From: Mobula hypostoma
Taxonomy: Eukaryota
DNA: 64,000 bases
Direction of reading: 5' to 3'
Assembly: GCF_963921235.1 (NCBI RefSeq)
Contig: NC_086097.1
Coordinates: forward strand, 168,394,001-168,458,000
Shown here: in pieces, positions 13,560 to 28,340 of the stretch
How positions within the stretch are numbered: the first letter of the stretch is position 1
Layout: each line of letters begins with the position of its first letter
Program-made: the position numbers and the translations under genes
The notes under the pieces: generated by a model
What the model saw: only the letters and a program-made list of their open reading frames with translations
Database searches by the model: none
Told to the model about the DNA's origin: nothing

Positions 13560-14689
13560 TGAGTTGAGTTTGGATTTTAATAATGTCTTTGGTTTTACAT
13601 GCAATATCAGTGTCTTGCAAGTTACATCTAAATAGCAATCATTATTCATTCTGCTGACAACTGCTCAGAGACATTGACGAATTTAGGGAAAATGGCCCTG
13701 AAATGCTTGATCCTGTTCTGCACCCTCTGTTGGATATTTTGGAAAAGCAACAATGAGGTTCATAAAACCAATCAGATTCAAGAAACTTTACTGAGTGCAT
13801 AATTTCTTAGTCATAGGGCACAGAAACTAGGAAGTATTTCTTAGCTTTAAATTGTGCACTAGAAAGAAAATCAAGATAAAGGAAAGCATGGGTTGAAAGA
13901 GGTGTGAGAAATTTGTGAAAGAATGAGTCACCATATTTGTAAAATTTTAGAACCAAAGTGATTGTTTCCCATTTATTATTGGTGATCGCACTTTAAAAAA
14001 TCATAGACACTTAAATAACTAGTGTTCTTCTGTTGCTTTTAGTAGGTTTTTGATGGGTAATTGCCACAACTTCATAACTATAAAGATTTCAGAGTTGAAT
14101 CTCTTGGTGATTCAGCACTACAGGATATCCTAGAAGAATGAGATATCTTTGGCCAAAATTTTGGAATTTGATATTTAATTAATAGCACATACCCTAAAAA
14201 TTGCTGTCCAGTTTATTCCATGATAATTGCCGATAATTAAGATCCGTTGTTAGAATCAGTGTACAATCCAGATTTTCTTTGTGAATTAGTGGATTTGGAT
14301 TTGAGCAGTTAAGGGCTTTGATTTTTCAGATCAACACAGCCAGCAACGTTGTCTACCTGCTGATAAGGAGGTTAAAAGACAACGATATAACATAGCAGTA
14401 ACTGTTTGGGAGAAATTGTGTACAGAGTAGAATCAAATTTGGGAATAAAGTTCTCCATCACAATAAAAGTCTCATTTTCAACACTTTTGTTGGATCAGAG
14501 AATGTTGCCACTTTGAATACAATAACATACATAACAGGAATAGGCCACTTAGCCACCTCAAGTCTGTTCTTCCATTCAATAAAATCATGGCAGATCTGTC
14601 TTGGGCTTCATCTCTTCTGTACCAGTTCTCCAAATCCTTCAATTCCCTGATCTTTCAAAAATATACCTACTTCCTCTTTTAAAATGTGA

Positions 14690-14860
<171 letters not shown>

Positions 14861-16198
14861 TAGATTCACAGATTTTTCTTAACCAAACATGCCCAAGGGA
14901 CTAAATGGACTTTTCCTGTTCCAGTGCCTTTCGCATCTTCTGGAATTTCTAAAGCATTGCCCAATCAAGTATTTTTGCGGTGTATCTATTGCAAAGTAAT
15001 ATAAAGTTTTTTTTACTTTAACCAGTACACCATGAAGAACTCTTATTAAGTATTTTGCATCAATTTAGAGAGAGAAAATGGTTTTAACATCTCATACTAA
15101 AGGCAGTGCAGCATTCCTCAATACTACCCTCTGGAGTTTACATTACACTTTTTAAGCATTCAGGCCCTCAGGTTTATTCGTGAATTCACCGAAGAAGCTC
15201 TGCCTTGTTGAATCTTGTTAATTTTGTTACTCTGTCATTCCTATCTTATCTATGCTTGAGCTGTTGTATCTACTAACTTATGCAGTTCTATGCACCATTA
15301 ACCTATTTTGGTTTAATTTTACTGTGTGTCTTTAAAGTTGAGGGACCTACTTGGCTTCCATGTCTACTACTTCTAAAGCTTAAAAAAATGAACCACTTTC
15401 TTCTCTACCTGTTACTGTCTCTCAGACTAATCCATTGAAATATCCTAAAATCTATCATTACCATTAAATTAACGAATCAACTTAATCTAATGATTCAGTA
15501 AATAGTTTTGTTTTATTATCCTTTGACATTGAATTCTGATACCCACCTTGGAATGTTTGGATAAATGAGAGTAGAATTCAAATCAGCTTATTTGTTTGGA
15601 TAAGGGATGATTATTACTTCACATGTAAAAAAAAATTAATTCTATAACATTATGGCTAATCTGATTGTAACTTAAACTCTGCATTCCTTCATATCCCCAG
15701 TAGTTTTTTCTCAAATCCCCTTGCCTGCCAAGAATCTTTCTTTGCCTTAAATGTACTACCATCCTTTGAGGAAAAAAAGTTCCAAAGATACATAGAATTC
15801 TATAACAAATCATATGGCTATGTATATCTCTTGAATATTTGATCCTTTAGTAACTCTGACTTCAGATTCTCCTAAAGAGGTAACATCCTCTCCATATCCA
15901 TCCTCTGAAGGTTTCTCAGGATCTTGTATGTTTTAATCAATATTCCTTTCACTCATGTAAACTCCAGTGGATGTTAACCTCATCTGTAAAGCTTTCCCTC
16001 ATAAGGCCACACTTTGTATAAAGAATATAAACATTGTCTGAATACCTTGAGTGAAGATAAAACTTGCCGTTAAAGGACTGTATGAAGAATTTTAGTTTTT
16101 ATCCTACTATTAATACAAAAAAGATGTTTTATTGTATGGTGAGAATACTGCAGACTTTGTATGCCCCTGTATGACATTCCTTTTCTGTGTTGCTCTAG

Positions 16199-16249
16199 GG
16201 GTGGGATGCTATTGAGTGGATAATTCAAAACTCTGAAAGTGTTAACTAA
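16199..16249 (+). CDS. PRELID3A: PRELID3A copy 1, C-terminal coding exon 6a (GWDAIEWIIQNSESVN*), giving a 171-aa isoform
   Basis: Polypyrimidine tract and ctctag acceptor, phase 0; resembles the mammalian PRELID3A tail as I recall it (GWAAIEWIIEHSESAVS). Confidence 0.85.
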   Translation, partial: GWDAIEWIIQNSESVN

Positions 16250-18482
16250 CAGCTTACACTTCTGCAATTTGCATTAACCAGTGGTAACTATTTATTGAAA
16301 TACCCAGCTAGTCTAATGTTTTATTGCATGTAATGGGCTCATGTTTGAGTGGCATGGACTGCATGTTTGTTATGCTTATAGCTAGCTATAATTTAGAAGG
16401 TGTGCTATCTTGTCATTAAAAAAATCAAATGTTTAATCTTTCAGCTGTATATATTTTACACCATGTGTTGCATTTTTCCCAAACATGCATTGATTATAGC
16501 ATCTATCCTCTGGTACTTAAAAAAATGATGTGCATTGTCTTGGGTGAATTTTGATAGAGAAGCAGGGTCATTTCAGAGTTTTGGGTCGTTGAGTGGTATC
16601 AGTTAGTGGCCACTCCTGAGGGATGATTATGAAAGAAACCTTGTTTGCTCGGTTTGAAGCATTAGATATATTTTATAGTGATAAGTTAATATAAAATTAA
16701 AATCTTTAAAATACTAAACAAGGTCTTAGTTTAGTACAAATTGTTACAGATTTTTGAGAGTTCTGTCAACTGCATTGTGTACTTTGAGTATTGAGGGTTA
16801 TTTTTTAACCCGAGAAAGAGAGAGAGGACAGCCACCTTAAACCTGAAATCACATTTGTTTCATTCGATCTGACTTTGAATGAATTTCTGGAACAAATGAT
16901 TAAGAGTGGACTGTTTAGACTATAGTGTCTGATTTATCAATGAAATCACTGGTGATTGTTAACATCCATCTTCCACATAGCCTCTTTAGAAAATCAATCT
17001 TGAATTTAAAATTAACTAAAGTTAATTAAGCTGAATTAATGACAGCTAAAGTTTGAAAAGCTGAATTTTGAGCGTACTTTAAACATTATGTCTATGGGCT
17101 TCAGCATCGATTATTCATGGCGAACGAGTTCCAGTTTCTGCCACCCTCATTTCTTTGGTTTCCTAACTTGAAGGATGAGCTGTAATTTTTAGACTCCTGC
17201 CCCTTTGGCTTTTTTGCCTACCTTGACTCCCGCATGTAAGATGACAGAAAGCTTGATTTCACAGAATCATACTGGACAGAAATGGGCTCTTTCAGCCCAC
17301 CTCTTTCTTGCTATCTGTGATGCCTACATAGTACTTGCATACTTTATGAACTTCTTTGGTTCTTTAACTTCAACTTAAGGCAATAGATGGAGATTGATGA
17401 CGTGCAGATATATTCTACTGTTTTTCCTTTTGGGAATCCAAGTATTTACTGAAGAGGATCTTTTATAAAGTTCTGTGACTATAGGAAAATAGATACTGTT
17501 TATATCCATTATTTTTTAAAGTTATCCATGGGATGATACTTGTGCAAGGGTTTTGCATGCCAAAATGTACTTTTCTATACATTTTGTGAGTAACAACAGA
17601 TGAATATTACAAAACCAAATTGAAATTATTTATTGCTTTAGATGTTAGCTTTTAATTTTAGTCAGTGATTTGTTTTGATAATATTTCTGTTCTGCAGGTG
17701 CATGACAGAAATATCATTTGTGTATTGGTATTTCATTGTGAAACTTGACCTGTATTTATTTTTAATTGTTGTAATTCAACCTTTGTTTTCCAGATTATAT
17801 TATCTTTCCTCCAGCCTGTGTATCCTCCAGACCATTCTAGGCATGTAATCTGAAACTGTTCTGCTGTTATGTACTGTAGCTAAGGAGTATTTTTTACTGA
17901 GAAAAACTTATTTCATCATTTGGTAGAAAAGCCAAGCATTGAAGAATAATACAAGTATATCTGTGTTAATCTTTCTCTCAGATTCTATGTGTAATGGCCA
18001 CAATTAGTTGAAAGATGCCTTGCATTTTGACTCATTTGTGCACATCCATTGTGGATTCTTTATCCCGTGCAAAGTTGGTCTTTCAAGTTGAATATAAATT
18101 AGTGATTTGCTTCAAAAAAGTACAGATGTAATTTTATAAGTTGTTCTTTGATAAGTCTGTGCATAGATAACAAATAGGAATAGGACTATGACAGGCAGCA
18201 GAAACAGTACTAATTCTGGAATCCAGAATTATACAGTATAAGGTTGCATAAAACAAGAGCATGAATAGGTCAGTCAATCAACCTTTGGAGTTCATTCAGT
18301 CAGATCATGGCTGATCCTGATCCAACCTAAGTCTCAACATTACTTTCCCATTTGCTCCCCATACCCTTTGATTCTTTTGTCAGTCACCATTTGATTCTAA
18401 TGTTCTCCTGGACAGAGAATACCTAAGATTCACGACCCTCAGAAGAACTTTTTCTTCATCCATCCTCAAACTTCTTATTCTG

Positions 18483-18682
18483 GCAACACACAAAATGCTG
18501 GAGGAACTCAGCAGGCCAGGCAGCATCTATGGAAAAAAATCCTGCTGAAGGGTCTAGGCCTGAAACGTCGCCTGTACTCTTTTCCATAGATGCTGCCTGG
18601 CCTGCTGAGTTCCTCCAGCATTTTGTCTGTGTTGCTTGGATTTCCAGCATCAGCAGATTCTCTCTTGTTTGTGATTTGACTC
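18483..18682. mobile_element. Short fold-back element made of two inverted Penelope-like tails
   Basis: ~50-bp inverted repeat (AAAATGCTGGAGGAACTCAGCAGGCCAGGCAGCATCTATGGAAAA and its reverse complement) around a degenerate hammerhead; flanked by the direct repeat CTTATTCTG (18474-18482 and 18683-18691). Confidence 0.75.
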
Positions 18683-19384
18683 CTTATTCTGAATGCCTAG
18701 ATGATATCTATGGAGAAGTATCTCTTCACAATCTTAAATATTTAAGTAAGATCACCACTCGCTATTCTAAACTATAATTACAACACCATATCCATCAACT
18801 TTTATCAATCTTTTCAAACCAGTTTTTGTTCTGTATTTAAGGAATTATATACTTGCCTGCAGTAAAAATGTATTATTTCTTAAGTAGGGAGTCAAATCTA
18901 TGTGCAGTAGTTCAGTTTCAGTCTCACACACTGCCCTGCAAAGCTGTATCAAATCTACTCCATGTTAATATTGTAAAAAATATTAGTCTTACTTATAGTT
19001 CCTATACCTGCATGCTAACCTTTTGGTGCTTCATGCTTTAGAATTTTCTTGGATTCCTTTGAACTGCATCATTTACTTATTCTATCACACTCTAACTAAT
19101 TATCCAATAATGGATAATCACATTTCCCCATAATAAATAGCAATTTTGAACCAGGCATCTATATTATTTCGCTCACTTCTCCTGGAGTAACAAGGCAATT
19201 GTCCTCTGTATGATTTAGGATCTGTAATTCATGCTTATAAAATGAGAGAGGTTACGATATTCCCCTTTAGAGTTAACGGAACATATTCCACTAATTCTCT
19301 CAGCAGTGAAGAAGTTTGCATTCATTTATCAGCACCTTTTAGTCTTAATTTCTGCTTAATTCCTTTATCTATGTTCTCTTTCAG

Positions 19385-19498
19385 GGCTGCAAAGCTATAG
19401 AGTGGGTAATAAACAAGACAAATGAGACTGAAGAATTATCAGCATCCGTCCAAGAGAATGTAAAGTCACCAACAGCTGTAGCAGCTGCTGAAGATTGA
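19385..19498 (+). CDS. PRELID3A: PRELID3A copy 1, alternative C-terminal coding exon 6b (GCKAIEWVINKTNETEELSASVQENVKSPTAVAAAED*), giving a 192-aa isoform
   Basis: ctcttttcag acceptor, phase 0; resembles the PRELID3B tail as I recall it ([35 protein letters not shown]); AATAAA at 19651. Confidence 0.8.
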   Translation, partial: GCKAIEWVINKTNETEELSASVQENVKSPTAVAAAED

Positions 19499-20899
19499 TG
19501 ACCCCTGGTTGTGCCACACCTCTGACTTCTATTCAGGAAATTCACTTAGTAATGTGTTCGGTGTTATTTTAAGATGTCGTACCTTTTTTATGGAAAGACA
19601 TTATAAGCTGCAAAATTGACTTTGGATGTATCAAACATTCAGGTCATTAAAATAAACAGCCAGCAGCCAAGCCTGTGAACATGGGGTACCAAGTTTCAAA
19701 TTATTTATAGTAAGTTTTGTTTTTATAGTGTCCTTTGTTTGACCAACATCTAGTCAATAACAGTTCACAAAGTGGCATCTTTTGGTAGGTGTGTATGTAT
19801 TTTTCTTTAAAGTAAGTGGTCTTATCCTTGAAATGCAACCAGAGGCATGGACAAGCATATGCACCTAAAGGAGCGTGCTGTTTGGCACCTATTGCGTTGC
19901 ACTGGATTAATACTTGACTGTGTAGTGGTTAATGTTGATGCCTTACAGCACTGAGTTAACAAAATGTTTATGTTTCAGAATGATGGTACAACGTCCTAAG
20001 TAAAATTTATTTTTATCATGAAGTTGAAATTTGGTTGTCTATCATTAGTGGCAGATCTCTGGAGGCTGGCCAGCTAGAATGCATAGGCATTCAACCAATG
20101 TTTTGGTCCTAAACTATAAAGAAATATGTATTTGAAGTCAGCCTAAGTATGTGGGCTGAACAAAAGTACACTGACCAGTAACTCAATCACTTCAGCACAG
20201 CACTGTTACCATAAAGATGTAACGCAATTTTGTGAAAGGCACGCATATCATAGTTCCAGAAATATTTCTATCAACGCAAAACTATTTACAATGTTTGCGC
20301 AAAAGGATTCCCATACCAGTCAGCTTTAGATAACTTCTAGCTTGACATTTGGACTATTTTTGCATAATTCTTTCTCAAATAATTTCATTTTGTTCCAATA
20401 CAATTATTTTAAAAACATTTAACAGAGGTTAGATTGTTTTCTGAATATTTATGTATTTAAATCCTGACTTGTGCTTAAAATACAGGATATTTTCTCTGAA
20501 ATACCTTGTTTTTTTTCCAACATTATCATGTATTTAAAAAAAACTCTGAAAATTCTTTAGAATAGCAAGTTGAGGCATACTGTATTTTGGAGAAGTAAAC
20601 TGAAATTGATTGTACTGTATCCATGCAATCTGCAGCTGACAATCCTTGTTTAACTTTTAGCATTAAATCCACATGTATTCTGCTCTCCCGAGCATGTGGA
20701 TCAGTGGAGAACAACTCATTTACTTGTGATTTTGATAGCAGTGTTTCTGTTTCCTATTTATGTGACTAGAAAATGTTGGAAACAGTCTGCTAACAAGGGT
20801 GGGGTTCAGGCCCAATCTAACCCACAGCTTCAACTGCCTGTTGCAGTATACCTGTCTCTCTATGGGGTAGCAAGGTTCTTTCTACCATGGGATGAGTCT

Positions 20900-23090
20900 C
20901 AGAGTCACAGAACACTAAAGCACAAACAAGCCCTTTAGCCCATCTAGCCTGTGCCCAACAATTAAACTGCCTCGAGTCAATTATCTGCACCCAGACCGTA
21001 GCCCTCCATACCCATCCCATTCTTGTACCTATCCAAATTTCTCTTAATTGTTGAAATTGGACCCCCATCCACCACTTGCATTGGCAGCTCATTCCGCACT
21101 CTGAGTGAAGAAGCCCCCCCTTTTGACCCTGTTCACCTTTCACCCTTAACTTATGACCTCTAGTTGTAGTCTCACCCAATCTCAGTGGGCAAAGTTGCTT
21201 GCATTTACCTTGTTTATCACCCCTCATAATTTTGTATACCTCTATCAAATCTCCCGTCCATCTTCTATATTCCCAGGAATAAAGTCTTAACCTACTCAAT
21301 CTTTCCCTGGAACTTAGGTCCTCAAATTCTGACAACATCCTTGTAAATAAGATTGAAAGAGAGCAAAGAAAATTTACACCTTTCCTGTAGGCAGTTGACG
21401 AAAGCTGCACACAGTACTTCAAATTAGGCCTCAATAATGTTGTATACAATTTCAACATAATATCCCAACTCTACTCAGTACATTGGCCTTCATTAAACCA
21501 TGTGCCAAAAGCTTACTTTTCAACCCATGGCTAAGGATGCCACTTCCAAGGAATCTTGGATCTGTATTGCCAGATCCCTCTGTTCTACTGCACTCGTCAG
21601 TGCCTTACCACTGACCATGTAAGACTTATACTGGTTGTCGTCCCAAAGTGCAATGCCTCACATTTGTCTGCATTTAATTTCATCTGCCATTTTTCCAGCT
21701 GATCCAGACCCTGCTGCGAGCTTTAATAGTCTTCCTCACAGTCCACTATACCCAAAATCTTGGTGTCATCTGCAAATTTTTCTGATGCAGTTTACCACGT
21801 TATCATCCAGTTGCTATAGATGACAAGCAACAATGGACCCAGTACTAGCCCCTGCAGAATGCCACTAGTCACAGACCTCCAAACAGAGAGGCAACCATTT
21901 ACAACCATTCTCCTGCAAAGCCAGAGACTAATCCAATTTATTACCTCATCTTGACCAACCTCCCATACAGGACCTTGTCAAAGGCATTGCTAAGGTCCAT
22001 GTAGACAACATCCACTGCCTTGCCTTCATCAACTTTCCTGGTAGCTACCTTAAAAAACTGTATAAGATTGACTAGACCTGACTTACCACGTACAAAGCCA
22101 TGCTGACTAGCCCTAATCAGTCCCTGTCAACCCAAATACTTATAGATCCAGTCCCTTAGAATACTTTCCAATAGCTTTCCCACCTATATTGTCAAGCTGA
22201 CTGGCCTATAATTTCCTGGCTTATTCTTAGGGCTTTTCTGGAAAAAAAAGAGAACAAATTTATCTATCCTCCAATCCTCTGGCACCCTACCCATGGCTAA
22301 GGATGTTTTAAATATCTCTGCTAGGACCCTGGCATTTTCTGCACTTGCCTCCTGCAGGGTCTGAGGGAACACCTTGTCAGGTCATGGGGATTTATCCACC
22401 TAATACGTCTCTTTCAGCTCCATGTATAGATTACCATTCTGATCTTCTAGAGAACCAATTTTGTCCCCTGCTATCCTTCTGCTCTTAATATATTTGTAGA
22501 AGCCCTTAGGATTCTCCTTCACTTTGCTAGAGCAGTCTCATATCTTCTTTTAGCCCTTCTGATTTCCTCCTTAAATGTTCTCTTGCATTTCTTATACCTA
22601 CTCCTTTAGAATCTCATTTGTTTCCGCCTACCTATACCTGCTGTGCATCTCCTTTTTCTTAACCAGGGCCTTAACACCTCTCAAAAACGAAGGTTCCCTT
22701 ATCCTTGCCTTTTATTCTGGCAGGAACATAGAGACTGTACTCTCAAGAATTCACTTTTGATGGCTTCCCACTTACTAGGTACAGCTTTGGTAGAGAACAG
22801 CCTGTCCCAATCCACATTTGCCAGATCGTTTCTAATACCTTCAAAATTGGCCTTTCTCCAATTTAGAATCTTAACTCCAGGACTAGACCTATTCTTTTCT
22901 ATAATTACCTTGAAAGTAACGGCATTATGCTCACTAGATGCAAAGTGTGCCCCTTCATAAACTTTTATTACCTGCCCTGTCTCTGTCCCTCACAGGAGAT
23001 GTGGTTTCACCCTCTCTCTAGTTGGAATTTATATGTACTGTTTAAGGAAACTTTCCTGAATGCATTTGACAAACTCCCTCCCTTAAATCC
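20900..23090 (-). mobile_element. CR1 LINE, decayed ORF2 and 3' end
   Basis: Translations LYTTLLRPNLKYCVQ, DLIEVYKIMRG and VPEDWRI...PGNYRPVSLT. Confidence 0.88.
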
Positions 23091-24267
23091 GGTTTACAGT
23101 ATGCTGATGAAAAGTAATGTGTCTTGTTTCTCTTAAAGTGGTACCTTGTTGGATTTTAATTACGTAGCCTAGTAATTTGGATTTCCCAATATAAGGAATC
23201 CATTACATAGTCATTATCTTGCAATTGGAGGGAGAAGGCAGAAATTCGAACGGACTGGGATGTCTGAGATTATAAAAATCCTGCCTTAATGAAATCCATG
23301 CCTCTTTCCTCTGGAAATCCGGCAGACATCATGGAAAGCTAGCCAATTTTTGGATTGATCCAGAAGTTTTTTTTTTCTCCAAGAATATATTTACATAGAA
23401 AACTTAAACTGTTTGGATGTTATAATAGCAAATAAGTATCAAATGGACGAATAGGATTAATAAGTTATCTGAAAAGAGATGAACTGCTTAGAATATGCTG
23501 TACAGCACTAGGTATCTTTACTAATTCATGATTTTTTTTTTAGAGGATTCAGGCGTTGCCTTCTCACTCTAATCTTGAATGCATTGTGGAAAAGAGTATA
23601 GTCAACGTTTCGGGCCCAGAACCTTCATTGGGACTCAATACGTACTCTTTTCCATAGGTACTTAGTGGCCTGCTGAGTTCCTCCAGCTTTGTGTGTGTGT
23701 TGTTTGGATTTCCAGCATTTGCAGAATTTCTCTTGTTTGTGACACCAGTGTAGGAAAGCTTTGCTGTAGTTATAAATAATGTTGTAAACCACAACTGAAG
23801 TACTGAATGTAGATTTGGATGCTTTGTTTATGGGAAGATGTACTTGCCACAAACAAATATAAGAGTGGGTATGTTGGACCTATAGTCTTTTGAAGTTTAG
23901 AAGAATAAGAAAGTCGGTGAAATATAAGAACCTGGGCAGATGCTGATCAGAGTAGATGTTGAGAGGCTATTTCCTTCAGGGGGAAGAATTGAGAAGTCGG
24001 GGTGAATAGTCTTAAGCAAAGTCTCCATTTAAGATGAGCTTAGAAGGAATTTCTTTTTCTAAAGAGAGTTGAATCTTTGGAATCTTCTGGCTCTCAGATT
24101 CATAGATATTGAGTTCTTCATTACATTAATGGATGAGACATGATTAGACTTTAGGAGAATGGAGGGTTACAGAAAACAGACAGGAATGTAGAGCCAAAGA
24201 CAAGATCAGAGTAACTATGGTCTCTCTGAATGGCAAACAATCCCAATGGGCAGTAAAGCCTACTATT

Positions 24268-26710
24268 TAGAACATAGAAAACTCACAGCACAATACAGGC
24301 CCTTCGCCCCACAAAGCTGTGCCGAACATGTCCTCACCTTAGAAATTACCTAGGGTTACCCATAGCCTTCTATTTTTCTAAGCTCCATGTACCTATCCAG
24401 GAGCCTCTTAAAATACCCTATCATATCCGCCTCCACCACTGTCGCCGGCAGCCCCTTCCATGCACTCACCACTCTCTGCATAAAAAAAACTTACCCTGAC
24501 ATCTCCTCTGTACCTACTTCCAAGCACCTTAAAACTGTGCCCTCTCATGTTAGTCATTCAGCCCTGGGAAAAAGCCTCTGACTATCCACATAATCAATGC
24601 CTCTCATCATCTTATATACCTCTATCAGGTCACTTCTCATCCTCTGTCACTCCAAGGAAAATAGGCTGAGTTCACTCAACCTATTCTCATTCTCATAAGG
24701 CACACTCCCCAATCCAGGCAACATCCTTGTAAACCTCCTCTGCACCCTTTTCTATGGTTTCCACATCCTTTCTGTAGTGAGGCGACCAGAACTGAGCACA
24801 GTACTCCAAGTGAGGTCTGACCAGGGTCCTATATAGCTGCAACATTAGCTCTCGGTCTCCTAAATCCATTTCCACGATTGATGAAGGCCAATACACCGTA
24901 TGTCTTCTGAACCACAGAGCCAACCTGCTCAGCTCCTTTGAGTGTCCTACGGACTCGGACCCCAAGATCCCTTGATCCTCCACACTGCCAAGAGTCTTAC
25001 CATTAATACTATATTCTGCCATCATATCATTGACCTACCAAAATGAGACGTCACTTCACACTTATCTGGGTTGAACTCCATCTGCCACTTCTCAGCCCAG
25101 TTTTGCAGTCCTATCAATGTCCCCTTGTAACCTCTGACGGCCTTACACACTATCCACAACACTTCCAACTTTTGTGTCATCAGCAAATTTACTAACCCCT
25201 CCCTCCACTTCCTCATCCAGGTTATTCATAAAAATCAGGAAGAGCAGCATTCCCAGAAGACATCCCTGAGGCACACCACTCTGGTCAACGACCCCCCCCC
25301 CCCATGCAGAATATGACCCACCTACAACCACTCTTTGCCTTCTGTGGATGAACAAAGCAACGTTCCTCTTTGGGATTTCATGCCTCCTTACTTTCTCAAT
25401 AAGCCTTGCATGGGGTACCTTATCAAATGCCTTGCTGAAATCCATATACACTACATCTACTGCTCTATCTTCATCCATGTGTTTAGTCACATTCTCAAAA
25501 AATTCAATCAGGCTGGTAAGGTACGACCTGCCTTTGACAAAGCCATGCTGACTATTCCTAATCATATTATGCTTCTCCAAATGTTCATAAATCCTGCCTC
25601 TCAGGATAATTTCTCCATTAACTTACCAACCACTGAAGTAAAACTCATTTGTCTATAATTTCATGGGCTATCTCTACTCCCTTTCTTGAATAAAGAAATA
25701 ATATCTGCAATCCTCCAGTCCTTCTCTGGAACCTCTCCCGTCCCTATTGTTGATGCAAAGATCATTGCCAGAGGCTCAGCAATCTCTTCTCTCACCTCCC
25801 ACAGTAGCCTGGGGGTACACCTCATCCAGTCCCAGTGACTTATCCAACTTGATGCTTTACAAAAGCTCCAGCACATCCTCTTCCCCTGAATATCTACATG
25901 CTGCAGCTTTTCAGTCTGCTGTAAGTCTGGTATCTGACAATTGCCAAGATCCTTTTCCAGCTAGTGAATACTCTTGAAGCAAAGTACTCATTAAGTACCT
26001 CTGCTATCTCCTCTGGTTCCATACACACTTTTCCACACTGTCAAACTTGATTAGTTCTGTTCTCTCACAACGTCTTATCCTCTTGCTCTTCACGTACATG
26101 TAAAATGCCTTGGGGTTTTCCTTAATCCTGTCCACCAAGGCCTTCTCATGGCCCTCTCTGGCTCTCTTAATTTCATTCTTAAGCTCCTTCCTGCTAGTCT
26201 TATCATCTTCTAGATATCTATCATTACCTAGTTTTTTGGACCTTTCGTAAGCTCATCTTTTCTTTCTTGACTAGATTTACAACAGCCTTTGTACACCACA
26301 GTTCCTGTCCCCTCACCCATCCTTTCCCTGTCTCATTGGCAATTAGGTACCTATGCAGAACTTGCTCATGCCAAGTATCCCCTGAACATTTGCCACATTT
26401 CTTCCATACGTTTCCCTGCAAGAACATCTGTTTCCAATTTATGCTTCCAAGTTCCTGCCTGATAGCATCATATTTCCCTTACTCCAATTTAAACACTTTC
26501 CTAACTTGTCTGTTCCTATCCTTCACCAAAGCTATGGTAAAGGAGATAGAATTGTGATCACCATCTCCAAAATGCTCTCCCACTGAGAGAAATCCCACAC
26601 TTGGCCAGGTTCATTTCCCAATACCAGATCAAGTACAGCCTCTCCTCTTGTAGGCGTATCCACATATTGTGTCAAGAAACCTTCCTGAACACACCTAACA
26701 AACTCTTTCC
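24268..26710 (-). mobile_element. CR1 LINE, 5'-truncated, frameshifted RT
   Basis: SQHGFVKGRSYLTSLIEFFE, VYMDFSKAFDKVPH, SGVPQG, SKFADDTK, LVRPHLEYCAQFWSPH. Confidence 0.92.
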
Positions 26711-27339
26711 TACATTCTTACCTTTAGTGACATGATAGCAAACTTGATTATTTAAATGCAAATCTGTGGTGCATTAGAAGAATAATGTTAGAATGAGTGT
26801 CTCTGTGCTACATTTGCTCAGGGATGGCTCTCGGGAATCGGGTAAAGATAAAGCATGATATTGCTAACAGCAACCAAGGTGAAAGTCCTTTTTCTTTTTG
26901 CAATGTTTACATACAAGAAAGGAAATGAACCCTGCAAGCACAAGGAATCACAAATGAGAAAATCTGCAGATGCTGGAAATCCGAACAACACACACACAAT
27001 GCTGGAGGAACCCAGCAGGCCAGGCAGCATCTATGGAAATGAATAAATAGTCGACATTTTGGGCCGAGGCCCTTCAACAGCACAATGCATAGTTGCCCAT
27101 TTGTCTCTTGAGTCTGAGCTACTACTCCGAAAGATCAGGACTAATCTTGCAATCTGAATACTCTATCTATTTACTTAAACCTCAATGACCTCAGCCTACC
27201 ACTTTCTAACTCTGACTTTTTTTTTTCTCCAGTCCTGATTAAGGGCCTCGGCCCAAAACATGCACTATACTATTCTCCATAGGTGCTGCCTGGCCTGCTG
27301 AGTTTCTCCAGTATTTTGTGTGTGTTGCAAGTATTCCAT

Positions 27340-28340
27340 AAGCCTTCTTAACCACCTTATCAACCTGTGTAGCTACTTTCAAGGAGCTATGACCTTTCTA
27401 CCTGATGATCTCTCTGCTCAACAACACTGTTAAGGATCATGTGCTTAACTGTGGACTGCTCCTTGCATTTACCCTACCAAGGGTGCAACACCCTCACATT
27501 TATCTGGGGTAAGCTCCTTTTGACATTTCTCTACCTATATCTACAACTGATCTATATCAGGCTGTATTCTTTATCAGTCTCCTAAACTATTTGCAACTCC
27601 ACCAATATTGGTTTCATTGGCAAACTTACTAATCCCTTCACCTACTATTCTCTGTTTTCTATGTGCAAGCCAGTCTTCCTTATCCAAACAGCTTATTCAC
27701 CATGGACCCCATGAATCTTAATCTTCTGAATGTATTTTCCCATGAGAGGCATTGTCAAACACCGGACTAAATTCCATGTTCTCACACAGCATCCACTGCT
27801 CCTACCCACATCTATCACTCTTGTGCTAATAGAAACTCATTCACAAGTTAGTAAGACACGACTTGCCCGGCACAAAGCCATGCTGGGCTTCCCCCAAATT
27901 AAGCCATGGGTTTCCACATGCTCATATATCCCCCATCTCCTAGAATTCTCTCCAGCAATTTCTCTTCAAACTGGTTTATAGTTCCCAGGATTTTCCTCTG
28001 TTCCCTTCTTAAATAGAGATTAGAACATTAGTCTATTTGCCAGTCCTCCAGGACCTCAATGGTGCCTAGATGGACAAGAAGGTACTGGGTCAAGGCACCA
28101 GTAATCTCATCTCTTGCCTCCCTCAATAACTTGAGGTAAATTCCAAAAAGCTCTGGGGACTTATTCACCTTAATACTCCCTCAGGAGATCTAATACTTTT
28201 TCTCCTTGACCTCTAAATGCCCTAGACATCTTTATGCACTCTGCACTGATCTTCTGGTCCTCCATGTCCTTTTCTTTGGTAAGTATTGAAGTAAAATACT
28301 CATTCAGGACCTCACTCACATTCTCCGCATCCAAACAAGT
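27340..28340 (-). mobile_element. Older CR1 LINE fragment
   Basis: Nucleotide similarity to the neighbouring CR1 copies (GCAAACTTACTAATC, ACAAAGCCATGCTG, TTCCCTTCTTAAATAGAG). Confidence 0.65.
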
